Origin: Candidatus Multivoradales bacterium
Lineage (GTDB): Bacteria > Acidobacteriota > Thermoanaerobaculia > Multivoradales > JAHEKO01
Assembly: GCA_965223155.1 (NCBI GenBank)
Contig: CBDCVR010000013.1
Coordinates: 672,001-736,000 of the forward strand
Reading direction: 5' to 3'
DNA: 64,000 nt
Shown: piece by piece, positions 31,573-41,082 of the stretch
Layout of the letters: each line of letters starts with the position of its first letter
How positions within the stretch are numbered: position 1 is the first letter of the stretch
The notes under the pieces: model-generated
Told to the model about the DNA's origin: nothing
The model's input: only the letters and a program-made list of their open reading frames with translations
Databases searched by the model: none
Made by a program: the position numbers and the translations under genes

Positions 31573-31749
31573 ACCCACTTCGGAAACGCCAATTGCTGAT
31601 TAGCATTCAGGCAGAGGGTGGGACCTCTAGAGAGAGCTCGAGAGACTAGTGCGCCGCAGTAGATGGCTCGACAACACCACCCGCGGACTTCCCGGGACGT
31701 TTCCGCGGAAACGTTTCTGACGGTGCGCCAGCCGAGATCGCGGCCAGTC
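31573..31749. repeat. 177-bp direct repeat, copy 2
   Basis: Matches 30841-31017 with 2 mismatches. Confidence 0.95.
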
Positions 31750-31791
31750 GACAGGGACAAGGCCCGGAGCGTCCACAACGGTCCAATCGGT

Positions 31792-34700
31792 TTACGGCTG
31801 CGCCGGCGGCGACACTCCGTCGCTGCCTAGCAGGCGGCGCCAGGCCCAGGGCAGCCAGCGAAGCAACCGCGCGGAGAGCCACAGTGCCCAGAGGAGCATG
31901 AAGATTCGGAAGACCCAGAGGGGCAGCCACAGCACCCAGGGCCGCGGGAGGGCACCGGAAACGAGATCTCGATACCAGGAAAGTGAGAGGTCCCCACCGC
32001 CCGGGCCAGCGATCTGCATCTCCGGCCGGCCCAGTAGACCGGTGTGGATCACCAAGTACAGGACCCCGAGGGCAGCCAGCCAAAGTGCACCTAGGAGAAC
32101 GTACTGCAGATTGCGGGGCCATCGGCCGTCGGGGGGCCAACGATCCCGCAGGCTAAAGACCACCAACCAAAGCACCACGATGGCCGCGTACACGAGCCGA
32201 ACCTGAGTCAGGCCAAGCCCAAGGAGCAGCCAGTCAGCCCAAGTCAAGGGTGCAGCGCCCCAGCGACCGAGCACCCAGGCGCCAACGACAAGCAACGGCA
32301 GGTACAGCCACAGCGTCACGACGGAACCCCAGCGTGGCCCGCCCGCCCACAATAGCCACCGGTTCGCTGGCACCAGAAAGTCGACGGCTACGTTCGCCGC
32401 CGGAGAACCCAGGACGACTTCCGGCACCACCTCCACGAGATCCAACCCGTCAGGCTGCCGCCAAACTGCATGAACTTCGTGGCTTCCGGGCTCGACACTA
32501 AACAGCAACCGCCCGTCCTCTACTTGGGCAGGCTGGGGCTCTCCATCGATCTGAAACTTCAGGAGCTCCGCTTTCTCCGGCAGCGTCAGGACCTCTTCGC
32601 CACCCTGACTGGTGCGCAGCTCGAGGCTCAGCTCGCCGCGGAGGAACCGGCGGCCGGGTCCAACCCTCAGTCGGACGGCGTCCAGAGTTGTTGTTGCACC
32701 CGGAGCCGCAGCCGGGCGTGTCAGTCGAAGCGTCAGGCTCTCTCCAGGCCAGGGCCTCCATTCCGGGCGCCAGGTCGCATTCTCCATGTAGCGTGACGGG
32801 GCAAGCCCCCCGGCGCTGCAAGTCCAGATCGGCGAGCAAGCCAGTACCCAGCGCTCCAGCCATGGACGGTCCTCGGGAGCCTTCAGCACGAGGGAGTCCG
32901 TTTCGTCAAGGGTGGAGTCCCAACGGCGTTCCGTCTCGCCCCGCTCCAGGGTGATCGCGGCCGTGTTGTCTTCGACTCGGATTCCCCCAGTGGTCACTGA
33001 CTCCCCGGGAAGCAAAGGTATCGAGACGGCTACCGAGCTATCCGAGGGTCCAAGTCGTTTGAGCTCGCTGTGGACCAACCATGGGATGCCGAGATCGAGC
33101 TCCCGAGTCAGCTCGAGCCAGGGGGCAAGCTCTGCGACGCCTACGTCCGCAGCAGTCGGGAGGAGGCGGTCCAGACGCACGGAGGCCGGAGGCGGGGCGT
33201 CCGGTCGAAAGCCGGTGATCGACCAACCGTCTCCCCGCCATTCCATCGTTCGAGGCCGCAGCGGCATCTGCAGGGTCAGTGTGTCGCGAGCCGGCCCAGA
33301 TAGGGCGACCTGGTGCGTTCCCGGTTCGAGCCGCAGCTCTAGAAAACCATCCGTTCCACGCCGCAACGCCGCCGTCGGCTGGCCGTCAAGTAGAACTCGC
33401 TCGGGCATCCACGAGGATACGGGGCCCGGAAGAGGCCACGCGGATCTAGCGCTTGCATGGACCTCAGCGTCAATGCTCACGCCTTCGCGATTTGCCTGGA
33501 GGGACAAGGCGGCAACCTCCACACAATTCGGGTGGCATGCCGGGGCAGCGGTCAGGCGACGCTCTAGCTCAGTCAGGACGCCATTCGTAGGCGTCTCGGG
33601 TTCCTGCGCCAGAGCTGGAACGGTTAGCAGTAGAAGGGCGACCGCCGTCACGGTCGCTGCCAGCTCGCTCTCCGCCGCCGATATGCCTTCGGCGGGGCCC
33701 GGGTGACGCCGCGAATCAAGAAGCCAGAAGGCGAGCAACAACATCCCGACAATCCTCGCCAGCGAGAGCAGCCGCTCAACGCCTGGCGAGATGAGCAGCA
33801 AGCGTAGCCGCTGCTCCGGTGCCACCGGCCCCGACCAAGTGAGGGAGTAGACGTGCCAAGACCATCGCGGCACACCAGGTCCGGTCTGGACCACAGCGGC
33901 GGCATCGACCAGGCGAGAACGCTTGCCGTAACTGGTCGATCCCGAATCGATCTCTTGCTCCTTGTCGGCCAGGTCGCGACCCTCGATCGCATCGACTCGC
34001 GGGGCACCGTACCGTTTCCAACTCCCAGTCGCCACCGGGCCGGACAGGCCGGCCTCTGCGAGCACGTCTCCTTGCCCGGTCATGCGTTCGAAGGCCGTGA
34101 ACTCGGGTTCGGCAAGAGGAGCTCCGCTGCGCCAGAACGTCGACGAATGCTCGAGCTGAGGGAAGACACCGGACCGCCACTGAGCCGAACAGAACAAGAC
34201 GAGCTGCAGGACGAGAGCAACACCTACGGCCCACCGTGCCCCGCTGACAATGCGCGCTGGCCCACCAGTCGGAAGCGCTCGTAGCAGCGCGAGGAGCGCC
34301 AAAAGCGCCAGCACCCAAAACACGAGCGGCGGCGCGTGGGGCTCGTGCCACGCGAGACCGAACACCAAGAAGGCAAGCACTCCCCACCGCCAGTTGGCCA
34401 GTTTCCAGACGGCGAGAGTGATCAACAGCAGAAAGAAGAAATCGAAAAGACTCCAAGCATCGGCAAGGGCACCGTGAGTGCGATCGGCTCCGAGCGCCGC
34501 CAGCAGCAACCACCCAGGCGGCACGTTCAATCTGATACTCAGTGACGGCGCGTACCGGTCCCATCCGACGGCGGGGAGCCCATCCCGTCTCGGATACACG
34601 AGCTCCGCACGCAAATCCAGATCCTCGCCCCTCACCTCGACTCCCGGAAGGCCGCTTTGCTCCCCGACGGTGATCACCTGTTCCGCGGTGACCTGCCCTA

Positions 34701-35895
34701 AGGCCACCCTGCCGAGCTCGGCTGGCTCAAGTACCTCGAGACGGCCGCCGGTCTGAAGGCTCCCCCGTAGGTGGTCGCGCGAGGTAATCAGATCTCCGCG
34801 CTCGGACAGCCACCACTCCCGTCGCACGTCCAGTGAATCAGGCGGCGGTGGTGCCCGTCCACGGCGCAACTCGCTCAAGATCAGCGTGCCGCCCTTAGCG
34901 ACTCGAAACGCGGGTAGGGACCACCATTCAGCAGGTAGCGGCGTGCGCTGTGGATCCACTCCTGGCGCACCCTCGACTCTCACCGAGCGAGTGGAAAGGT
35001 CCGCTTGGAAAACCCAGTACTCTTCATCGGGCCAGGGATCCGGTCTCTCGGCAAGGTTGATCTCGGAAACCGGGTCGCGGCTGCGGGCTTCGAGGGTGAT
35101 CAGCCATTCGCCAGGACGCAACTGGGTAAGGAGGCGGCGGCCGTCACTGCTGTTTCCGACCAGCCGTACCGGCAAGGAACTGGTAACCGCAGTCGGCAGA
35201 AAACCCGGTGGCAGAGGATCACCAAGGTCGAACTCCCGCGCCCGGCCCGAAACGCGGAGCTCAAGCCGCACCGTCATGCGCACGGGCACCCCGTCGTCAA
35301 TGCGCCGCACCACCTGGACCGCCACTCGATCATTCTCGATCTCAGCCCGAGTACCGGCGAGCCAAAGGAGCCCTCCCTCTTCGCGACGCGGGAAGGGCAC
35401 GTTTCGACCACTCACCCGTAGGCGTATGAGGCCGATCTCCGGCGGCACCGCCAGCCCCTCGGGAAGTCGGCTCCATTGAAATCGACCGCTCAGGCGGTGG
35501 TGCCCCCTCGCGAGCGCTACGGCCGGCTGTTCACCTACGCGCCGCAATAGAGCTGGACGCCCGTCGACAGTGACACGGCGCGGCCAGTGGGACCTATCGC
35601 CGGGGAGGGGAAGATCCACATCGCGATCGGCGAACACGTCGAGCCGAAAGGAGCCTCCCTGCCCCGAAAGATCGAGCTCCAAGCGGCCAGGCCACGCACA
35701 CAGACGCTCATCCGCCACCAACGGGCAGGGCATGTTTGGATGCTTGGCGAGAACCCACGGCACCCACGGCCTCAGCGGATCCGGCACGGCCACCTCCGGT
35801 GGCTGGGCGCTCAATGGCCCCGTGGCAAACAAGAGCAGCGCCGCCAGCGGCCTGGCTGGACTCGCCCTTCCTATTCGCCTCAAGTTGGAGAACAC
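31792..35895 (-). CDS. Large exported multi-pass membrane protein of unknown function (1367 aa)
   Basis: Signal peptide, beta-rich extracytoplasmic regions and two Trp/Leu-rich TM bundles; single long ORF. Confidence 0.85.
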   Translation of the reverse strand: MFSNLRRIGRASPARPLAALLLFATGPLSAQPPEVAVPDPLRPWVPWVLAKHPNMPCPLVADERLCAWPGRLELDLSGQGGSFRLDVFADRDVDLPLPGDRSHWPRRVTVDGRPALLRRVGEQPAVALARGHHRLSGRFQWSRLPEGLAVPPEIGLIRLRVSGRNVPFPRREEGGLLWLAGTRAEIENDRVAVQVVRRIDDGVPVRMTVRLELRVSGRAREFDLGDPLPPGFLPTAVTSSLPVRLVGNSSDGRRLLTQLRPGEWLITLEARSRDPVSEINLAERPDPWPDEEYWVFQADLSTRSVRVEGAPGVDPQRTPLPAEWWSLPAFRVAKGGTLILSELRRGRAPPPPDSLDVRREWWLSERGDLITSRDHLRGSLQTGGRLEVLEPAELGRVALGQVTAEQVITVGEQSGLPGVEVRGEDLDLRAELVYPRRDGLPAVGWDRYAPSLSIRLNVPPGWLLLAALGADRTHGALADAWSLFDFFFLLLITLAVWKLANWRWGVLAFLVFGLAWHEPHAPPLVFWVLALLALLALLRALPTGGPARIVSGARWAVGVALVLQLVLFCSAQWRSGVFPQLEHSSTFWRSGAPLAEPEFTAFERMTGQGDVLAEAGLSGPVATGSWKRYGAPRVDAIEGRDLADKEQEIDSGSTSYGKRSRLVDAAAVVQTGPGVPRWSWHVYSLTWSGPVAPEQRLRLLLISPGVERLLSLARIVGMLLLAFWLLDSRRHPGPAEGISAAESELAATVTAVALLLLTVPALAQEPETPTNGVLTELERRLTAAPACHPNCVEVAALSLQANREGVSIDAEVHASARSAWPLPGPVSSWMPERVLLDGQPTAALRRGTDGFLELRLEPGTHQVALSGPARDTLTLQMPLRPRTMEWRGDGWSITGFRPDAPPPASVRLDRLLPTAADVGVAELAPWLELTRELDLGIPWLVHSELKRLGPSDSSVAVSIPLLPGESVTTGGIRVEDNTAAITLERGETERRWDSTLDETDSLVLKAPEDRPWLERWVLACSPIWTCSAGGLAPSRYMENATWRPEWRPWPGESLTLRLTRPAAAPGATTTLDAVRLRVGPGRRFLRGELSLELRTSQGGEEVLTLPEKAELLKFQIDGEPQPAQVEDGRLLFSVEPGSHEVHAVWRQPDGLDLVEVVPEVVLGSPAANVAVDFLVPANRWLLWAGGPRWGSVVTLWLYLPLLVVGAWVLGRWGAAPLTWADWLLLGLGLTQVRLVYAAIVVLWLVVFSLRDRWPPDGRWPRNLQYVLLGALWLAALGVLYLVIHTGLLGRPEMQIAGPGGGDLSLSWYRDLVSGALPRPWVLWLPLWVFRIFMLLWALWLSARLLRWLPWAWRRLLGSDGVSPPAQP

Positions 35896-36087
35896 TAGGT
35901 GCCAGAGTATACGAGTTTCGTCTACTCTCGGCGGTTGGCACGCCCCCTCGACCAGCCCGTGGGTTTCCCCCGCTCACCTTCCGCTGGACCATGTCTCTCA
36001 CAGGCTAGCGCGTCTACTCCCCGGCAGCCACGGACCGCCCCAGCCGCCCCCCAGTCCCCACACAATCCTCCGCGCTACCTCCCCACC

Positions 36088-37425
36088 CTACCCACCGCCC
36101 AGAGGGAATCCCTTCGGCCACGGGCCGGTAGACGGTCCGGGGCCTGAACCGCGCCCGGGAACCGACGGATCCCAGGGACAGCGCCCATCCTCCGACGACA
36201 TGTACAAGCACTGCTTCCGCCGCCAGAAGTCGAAGGCGTCATCCGGTGAGATCGGCTGAAAGTTGGCGCAGCGAAACTCGCCGTCCACGCCGTAGGCGAC
36301 CTTGCGTTGCTCCTCGCAGCGAACGACCTCGGCAACGGCCCGTTTCTGCTCTTCGGTCATCGGGACGCTACAGGTAAATCCCCGTTCGGGATCGGGCCTG
36401 ACCTCGGCAGGGTCGGGACAGTTGTTCATGCCACTCACGAGCGCCTTGCACTTGTAGAGACTCCAGTTCGCCCGGTCGCACTCGGCCATGAACTCCTTCC
36501 AGGCTCGCTTTCGTTCCGCGCAATAGTCCCTGCAGGTCTCCTCGACGCACCGCGTCACGCCGGGTTGCGGGTTGGGACCCTCGGGTTCGGGGTCCGGCTC
36601 GGGCTTGGGATCGGGATCGGCGGGCTTGGGGTCCGGTTTCGGGGTTTCCTTCTCGATCTTCTCGAGGGTGGCGCAGGCGCTGGTGTTTCCGGCCTTGCAC
36701 TGGGCCTCGAGCACCTTCCTGCCATTGTTGTACTGCTGGCCGTACGGCGAGGAAGTTCCGCTCCAGTCCTTCATCTTCTCCTGAGGCGGCTTGCCCGCGA
36801 ACACGTCTCGAGCCCCTCGACGAGAAGCTTCCTTGGCCCGCTGCGCTTTGGCCATGTTGTACGGGATCTTGAAGATCTCGGTCGCCACCTTGACGGGGCT
36901 CCAAGCGACCCACTGATGGACCGACGACTGGCAGTTCTCGAGCTGCTCGTTGATCTTCTTCTTGGTCTGGTCGACGGCGTTGGTGTAGGTCGCCCCACCT
37001 CCGGCAATGTCGAATTGATCCTTGAGTCCGTCATCCAGCAAGACCTCGCACTTCTTGCGGATGGCGTCGCGGTCCTTCTTGGAGACGTCGGTTGGCTCGG
37101 GCCGAGGGGCCGGCTCATCGGACGGTGTACGAGGGGAATCTCCCGGTTCGAAGACGACGGCCGCTCCTGACGTGCACTCGATCAGGGCCTTGCCCGTTCG
37201 CACGGCATAGTGGGATTCGAGCTCGTCCAGAATCTGTCGAAGCTCGTAGGCCCGCGCCGCGCCCTGGATCGCTTCCAAAACCTCGTCGATCTCGTCTCGC
37301 GACACACACTCCACGTCCCCGTCGCCTTCGACCCAGCAGAAGAGCGTCTCGGCGAAGACGGTGCTTGCGCCCGAGAGCAGGACGAAGGCACACAAGAAGC
37401 CGACGAGTCTTGGTTTGCGCGTCAT
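36088..37425 (-). CDS. Secreted Cys-rich protein with Pro-rich linkers
   Basis: Signal peptide ending TVFA; AGGAG RBS; 18 Cys after the signal; PKPDPKPADPDPKPEPDPEP linker. Confidence 0.8.
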   Translation of the reverse strand: MTRKPRLVGFLCAFVLLSGASTVFAETLFCWVEGDGDVECVSRDEIDEVLEAIQGAARAYELRQILDELESHYAVRTGKALIECTSGAAVVFEPGDSPRTPSDEPAPRPEPTDVSKKDRDAIRKKCEVLLDDGLKDQFDIAGGGATYTNAVDQTKKKINEQLENCQSSVHQWVAWSPVKVATEIFKIPYNMAKAQRAKEASRRGARDVFAGKPPQEKMKDWSGTSSPYGQQYNNGRKVLEAQCKAGNTSACATLEKIEKETPKPDPKPADPDPKPEPDPEPEGPNPQPGVTRCVEETCRDYCAERKRAWKEFMAECDRANWSLYKCKALVSGMNNCPDPAEVRPDPERGFTCSVPMTEEQKRAVAEVVRCEEQRKVAYGVDGEFRCANFQPISPDDAFDFWRRKQCLYMSSEDGRCPWDPSVPGRGSGPGPSTGPWPKGFPLGGG

Positions 37426-37505
37426 GTCACTCCTGCGAAGATCCCTCTCCCCACCGCAGGAGCGAAGCTCTGTGAAGACACCAATTCCGTTCGACTAGGC
37501 CTAGT

Positions 37506-37664
37506 CTATGCCGCGCTTTGGTGGCGGGCGCAGGAGAGCGTGCGGTACTGCCCAAGGGGATCGTCGAAGCGACCCGTGCGGGGATCGGGAAGATAGACGG
37601 CCGGCGGATAGTCGAGCGGCCCGGCAACGTGTCCCACGCGCCAGACCCGCGAGCCGGACTTCAG
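37506..37664 (-). pseudogene. Truncated RES-domain toxin (N-terminal ~52 codons)
   Basis: VWRVGH..PLDYPP..GRFDDPLGQYRTLSCA then stop; overlaps the antitoxin stop codon. Confidence 0.65.
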
Positions 37665-38044
37665 TACGCGCTCTCCAGGAAGGAGATCGCCGTGGGCACG
37701 ATGTACCGACATTCCTCCGGCGTCGTCGCGTCGTGGAGAACGACGGCCGGAGCGGTGTAGTCGAGAAACGAGCTCGTCCCGAGGAACCAGGTCCGGGCCG
37801 TCTCGTCCCCGATCTGTTCCACGAGCAGTCGCGCGGCGTCGTAGGCCGACCGGAGCCGTACTTCGCGGGTGAAGGCAGGCTGGATTCTCCCCGACGCCCA
37901 GCGGCCGACCGTCTTCGGGTCCCCGACTCCGGCGAGGAACGCCGTGAGCTTCTGCCCGAGATGCTTCTGCAAGTAGCCGGCAACCTCCGCCAGGGCGGGT
38001 GCTACCTGTTGTGGGGGCTTGGTTGCTAGCTGCGCGTGGGCCAT
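37661..38044 (-). CDS. Xre/MbcA/ParS-like antitoxin
   Basis: HTH LGQKLTAFLAGVGDPKTVGRWASG plus ARTWFLG..LD..P C-terminal domain; AGGAGG RBS. Confidence 0.75.
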   Translation of the reverse strand: MAHAQLATKPPQQVAPALAEVAGYLQKHLGQKLTAFLAGVGDPKTVGRWASGRIQPAFTREVRLRSAYDAARLLVEQIGDETARTWFLGTSSFLDYTAPAVVLHDATTPEECRYIVPTAISFLESAY

Positions 38045-38134
38045 GGGGAACCTCCTAGGGTCTGCCAACGGATCTCAGCCTGGCAACTCGCCCCCTAGTA
38101 CGCAACCTTGTACGCCGCCCAATACGCTCCCTCT

Positions 38135-39370
38135 CTAGCCAAAGCCACCGCCCAGCACTCGCGCCGCCGCCCGCAGCAGATTCGAGGCACCGAGGCCGAG
38201 GGCGACGAGGGTCACGAGGGTCATGGAGGCGTTGGCCCAGGGGCCGTTGACGGCGTCGCCCAGAAGGTCGCGGTCGTTGACGGCGGCGAGCAGGAAGACT
38301 GCGACGACCGGCAGCAGGATGCCGTTCAGGATCTGAGCCGCGAGGATGACGGGCACGGGGCTCGCCCCGGCCAGGCCGAAGGCGAGGCCGACGGCGAGGA
38401 CGCCCAACCAGACGGCGCGGAACCGGACCGAGCGGTCCCTCCAGAGCGGATCGTCGCTGCCGCCACGGGTCCCGCTACCAAAGAGCCCCCGAGCGGTGAT
38501 CGCCGCCGCCAGAGGTGCGGTGACCGCCGAGGACAGGCCGGCGGCGAAGAGTCCGGCGGCGAAAAGCCCTCGGGCCCACGGGCCGAGACGGCCGGCGAGG
38601 ACGTCGGAGAGACCAGCGAAGGAAAACGGTCCGTCCAGTGCCGCGCCCACGACTAGAACGCCCATCGAGATGATTCCGCCCAGAACGACGGCGACCGCCA
38701 GGCCGAAACGCAGCTCGCGGAGGTCTTGGCCGCTAGCTAGCCCGGAGCCCAGAAACAGGTTGTAGGGCACCACGGTGGTGCCGATCAGAGCGACGACCAG
38801 AAGGCCGGAGCCGGCCGGCATCGAGGGCTTGAGCGTTCCCACCACAAGCTCGCCCAGGGGCGGTCCCAGACGGAGGGCGGTCCAGAGGAAGGCAACGCCC
38901 ATGACCGCCACAAGTGCGCTCAAGCAGTAGGCGATGCGCCGGGGCGAGTTGAGCCACAGCAGCACTGCCGCGAGAGCGACGATGGCGACGGTGAGCTGAC
39001 GAGGCGACAGGGGCAAGGCCAGGGCCGCGCCCGCCACGCCCCCGAGGATGTTGCCGGCCTCGTAGGCGGCGCAGCCCAGGATCACGGCCCCGGAGACCAG
39101 GATGAGGATGGCCGCGCTCCTCCAGCCGGCCGGATACCGGTCCCGGAGGGCTTCGCCCAGGTTCCGTCCCGAGACCACGGTGAGCCGGGCGGCCGCTTCC
39201 TGGAGGACCAGGCACGCGAAGGTCGAGAACGCCAGCGCCCAGAGAAGCGCGTAACCGTATCCGGCGCCAGCCGAGGCGGCGGCCGTGACCGTGCCCGGAC
39301 CGATGAAGGCCGCAGCCACGATCGACCACAGGAGGATCGAGGCCAAGCGGCGCCAGGGAGCTGTCGTCAT
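38135..39370 (-). CDS. NRAMP-fold (YcsG-like) transporter
   Basis: AAAFIGPGTV, LQEAAARL, YEAGN, IGTTVVPYNLF; 1-bp overlap with the upstream gene. Confidence 0.85.
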   Translation of the reverse strand: MTTAPWRRLASILLWSIVAAAFIGPGTVTAAASAGAGYGYALLWALAFSTFACLVLQEAAARLTVVSGRNLGEALRDRYPAGWRSAAILILVSGAVILGCAAYEAGNILGGVAGAALALPLSPRQLTVAIVALAAVLLWLNSPRRIAYCLSALVAVMGVAFLWTALRLGPPLGELVVGTLKPSMPAGSGLLVVALIGTTVVPYNLFLGSGLASGQDLRELRFGLAVAVVLGGIISMGVLVVGAALDGPFSFAGLSDVLAGRLGPWARGLFAAGLFAAGLSSAVTAPLAAAITARGLFGSGTRGGSDDPLWRDRSVRFRAVWLGVLAVGLAFGLAGASPVPVILAAQILNGILLPVVAVFLLAAVNDRDLLGDAVNGPWANASMTLVTLVALGLGASNLLRAAARVLGGGFG

Positions 39371-41082
39371 CAAGTCGGCTCCGGATCGATCTCGTCGGTC
39401 CTGACGGCCTCGGCCCCGGACTCCACCGGACCGTAGCCGCCGCCGCCCGGGGTTTCGAGCACCAGCCGGTCTCCGGCTTCGACCTCGCAACCATCGATCG
39501 GCGCCAGCGAGACGATCTCACCGGAGGCCCGAAGGACCCTCTGGCGGCCGGCCCGGCCCGGCTCGCCGCCGTCGAGGCCAGCCGGCCGTTGCGCCCGCGA
39601 CTGGGTCACCACCGAAAGCGAAAGCGGCTCCAGGAACTCGATCTCCCGCACGATCCCGTCCCCACCGTTGTGTGTGCCGGCTCCGCCCGAACCTTGCCGC
39701 ACGCCAAGACGGTGCAGGCGGACCGGATAGCGCTGTTCGAGGATCTCGGGATCCGTGATCGCGGTGTTGGTCATGTGGGTGTGGACGGCCGAGGCGCCGT
39801 CAAAGCCGGGGCCGGCGCCCGCTCCCCCACCGACGGTCTCGTAGTAGGCGAAGCGCTCGTTGCCGAACAGAACGTTGTTCATCGTACCCTGGCTGCCGGC
39901 CACGACGCCGAGGGCCGCGAGCAGGGTCTCGACCACCCGCTGGCTGGTCTCGACGTTGCCTCCGACCACCGCCGGGGCGAGCGCGGGATCGGATGGGAAC
40001 GGAGGATTCAGCAGCCCTTCAGGGATCACCAGCTCGACGTTCTCGAGCAACCCCTCGTTGAGCGGCAGCGGCTCGTCGACTAGCAAGCGCAGCACGTAGA
40101 GCACGGCGCTCCGAACGATGCCGGGCACGGCGTTCAGGTTGCCGGGGTGGACGCCGGCGGTCCCGGAGAAATCGATCCGAACGGGCTCGCCGGCGCCGGC
40201 GGGCACGTCGATCGCGACCCGAATCTCGGAGCCGTCGTCGAGCCGGCCCTGAGCTCGGTACCGCCGGCCCGCGAATCGGCCGAGAGCCTTCGCCAGACCG
40301 GACGCGGCTTGGCGGGCGAGAGCCGTCATCATGCGCTCGACCGTATCGGCGCCGCTGGTGTGGGCCAGTTCCACCAGGAGCTCGGCGCCGCGCCGGTTGG
40401 CGGCGACGGCGGCGGCCAGATCGGCCAGGTTCTCGGATACCGCCCGCGAGGGATACGGTCCCGAGGTCAGAAGCGCGCGCACCTGATCCCAGGCGAAGAC
40501 GCCGTCGCGAGCGCCCATCTGATCCGTGGCCTGATTCCCGGCCTGGGCACTGGCCTCAGCCTCGTTCGGAACTCCGTTCGTATCGCCAGCCCGAGCCAGC
40601 AGCATCGGCTCGATCACCACCCCTTCTTCGGCCAAACTGGCGGCATCCGGAGGCATCGAACCGGGGCGGCTCCCGCCGATCTCGGCGTGGTGGGCCCGAT
40701 TGGCGACAAAGCCCAGAAGCCGGGAGGTCCCGTTGTCGCCGCCAACCCCGGGCGACACGAACACCGGACTGACCACGGTCACGTCCGGCAGGTGCGAGCC
40801 GCCGAAGGCCGGATGGTTGGTGACCGCGACGTCGCCCGGCCGCCAGTCGAAGCGCGCGGTGAGCGCGCGCACACACATCCCGAGCGCCCCGAGATGGACC
40901 GGGATGTGGGGCGCGTTGACCACCAGCCTGCCTTCGCGATCCAGAAGCGCGCAGGAGAAGTCCCGGCGTTCCTTGACGTTGACCGAGACCGCCGTGCGCT
41001 CGAGAAGCTCGCCCATCTCGCTCACTACTTGCCGGAACCGGTTCGTAAAGAGCTCGAGCTGAATCGCCTCGGATCGGCTCAT
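39370..41082 (-). CDS. Hydantoinase B/5-oxoprolinase C-terminal subunit
   Basis: [65 protein letters not shown]. Confidence 0.92.
   Translation of the reverse strand: MSRSEAIQLELFTNRFRQVVSEMGELLERTAVSVNVKERRDFSCALLDREGRLVVNAPHIPVHLGALGMCVRALTARFDWRPGDVAVTNHPAFGGSHLPDVTVVSPVFVSPGVGGDNGTSRLLGFVANRAHHAEIGGSRPGSMPPDAASLAEEGVVIEPMLLARAGDTNGVPNEAEASAQAGNQATDQMGARDGVFAWDQVRALLTSGPYPSRAVSENLADLAAAVAANRRGAELLVELAHTSGADTVERMMTALARQAASGLAKALGRFAGRRYRAQGRLDDGSEIRVAIDVPAGAGEPVRIDFSGTAGVHPGNLNAVPGIVRSAVLYVLRLLVDEPLPLNEGLLENVELVIPEGLLNPPFPSDPALAPAVVGGNVETSQRVVETLLAALGVVAGSQGTMNNVLFGNERFAYYETVGGGAGAGPGFDGASAVHTHMTNTAITDPEILEQRYPVRLHRLGVRQGSGGAGTHNGGDGIVREIEFLEPLSLSVVTQSRAQRPAGLDGGEPGRAGRQRVLRASGEIVSLAPIDGCEVEAGDRLVLETPGGGGYGPVESGAEAVRTDEIDPEPT

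Larger units (their letters stand above)
26196..38100. mobile_element. Putative degenerate genomic island at the tRNA-Thr 3' end (no integrase, no attR seen)
   Basis: Starts right after the tRNA; visibly more A/T at third codon positions over ~26.2-35.9 kb; contains pseudogenes, repeats and a TA remnant. Right boundary approximate. Confidence 0.6.

Noticed and set aside
30841-31749. CRISPR array or integron attC interpretation of the 177-bp repeats
   Set aside because: Only two long copies, no cas or intI in the window, no RYYYAAC/GTTRRRY boundaries.
30441-31778. Minus-strand ORFs 30441-31031 and 31437-31778 sharing a peptide
   Set aside because: The shared peptide is just the translated DNA repeat; one ORF overlaps the M1 gene antisense; no RBS or family motif.
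35466-35475. GTCGGCTCCA match to the tRNA 3' end as a possible attR
   Set aside because: Only 10 bp and inside an intact CDS; compatible with chance.
37471-37488. TGTGAAGACACCAATTCC as a degenerate copy of the 31424 inverted repeat
   Set aside because: Similarity too weak to support without a genome-wide motif model.
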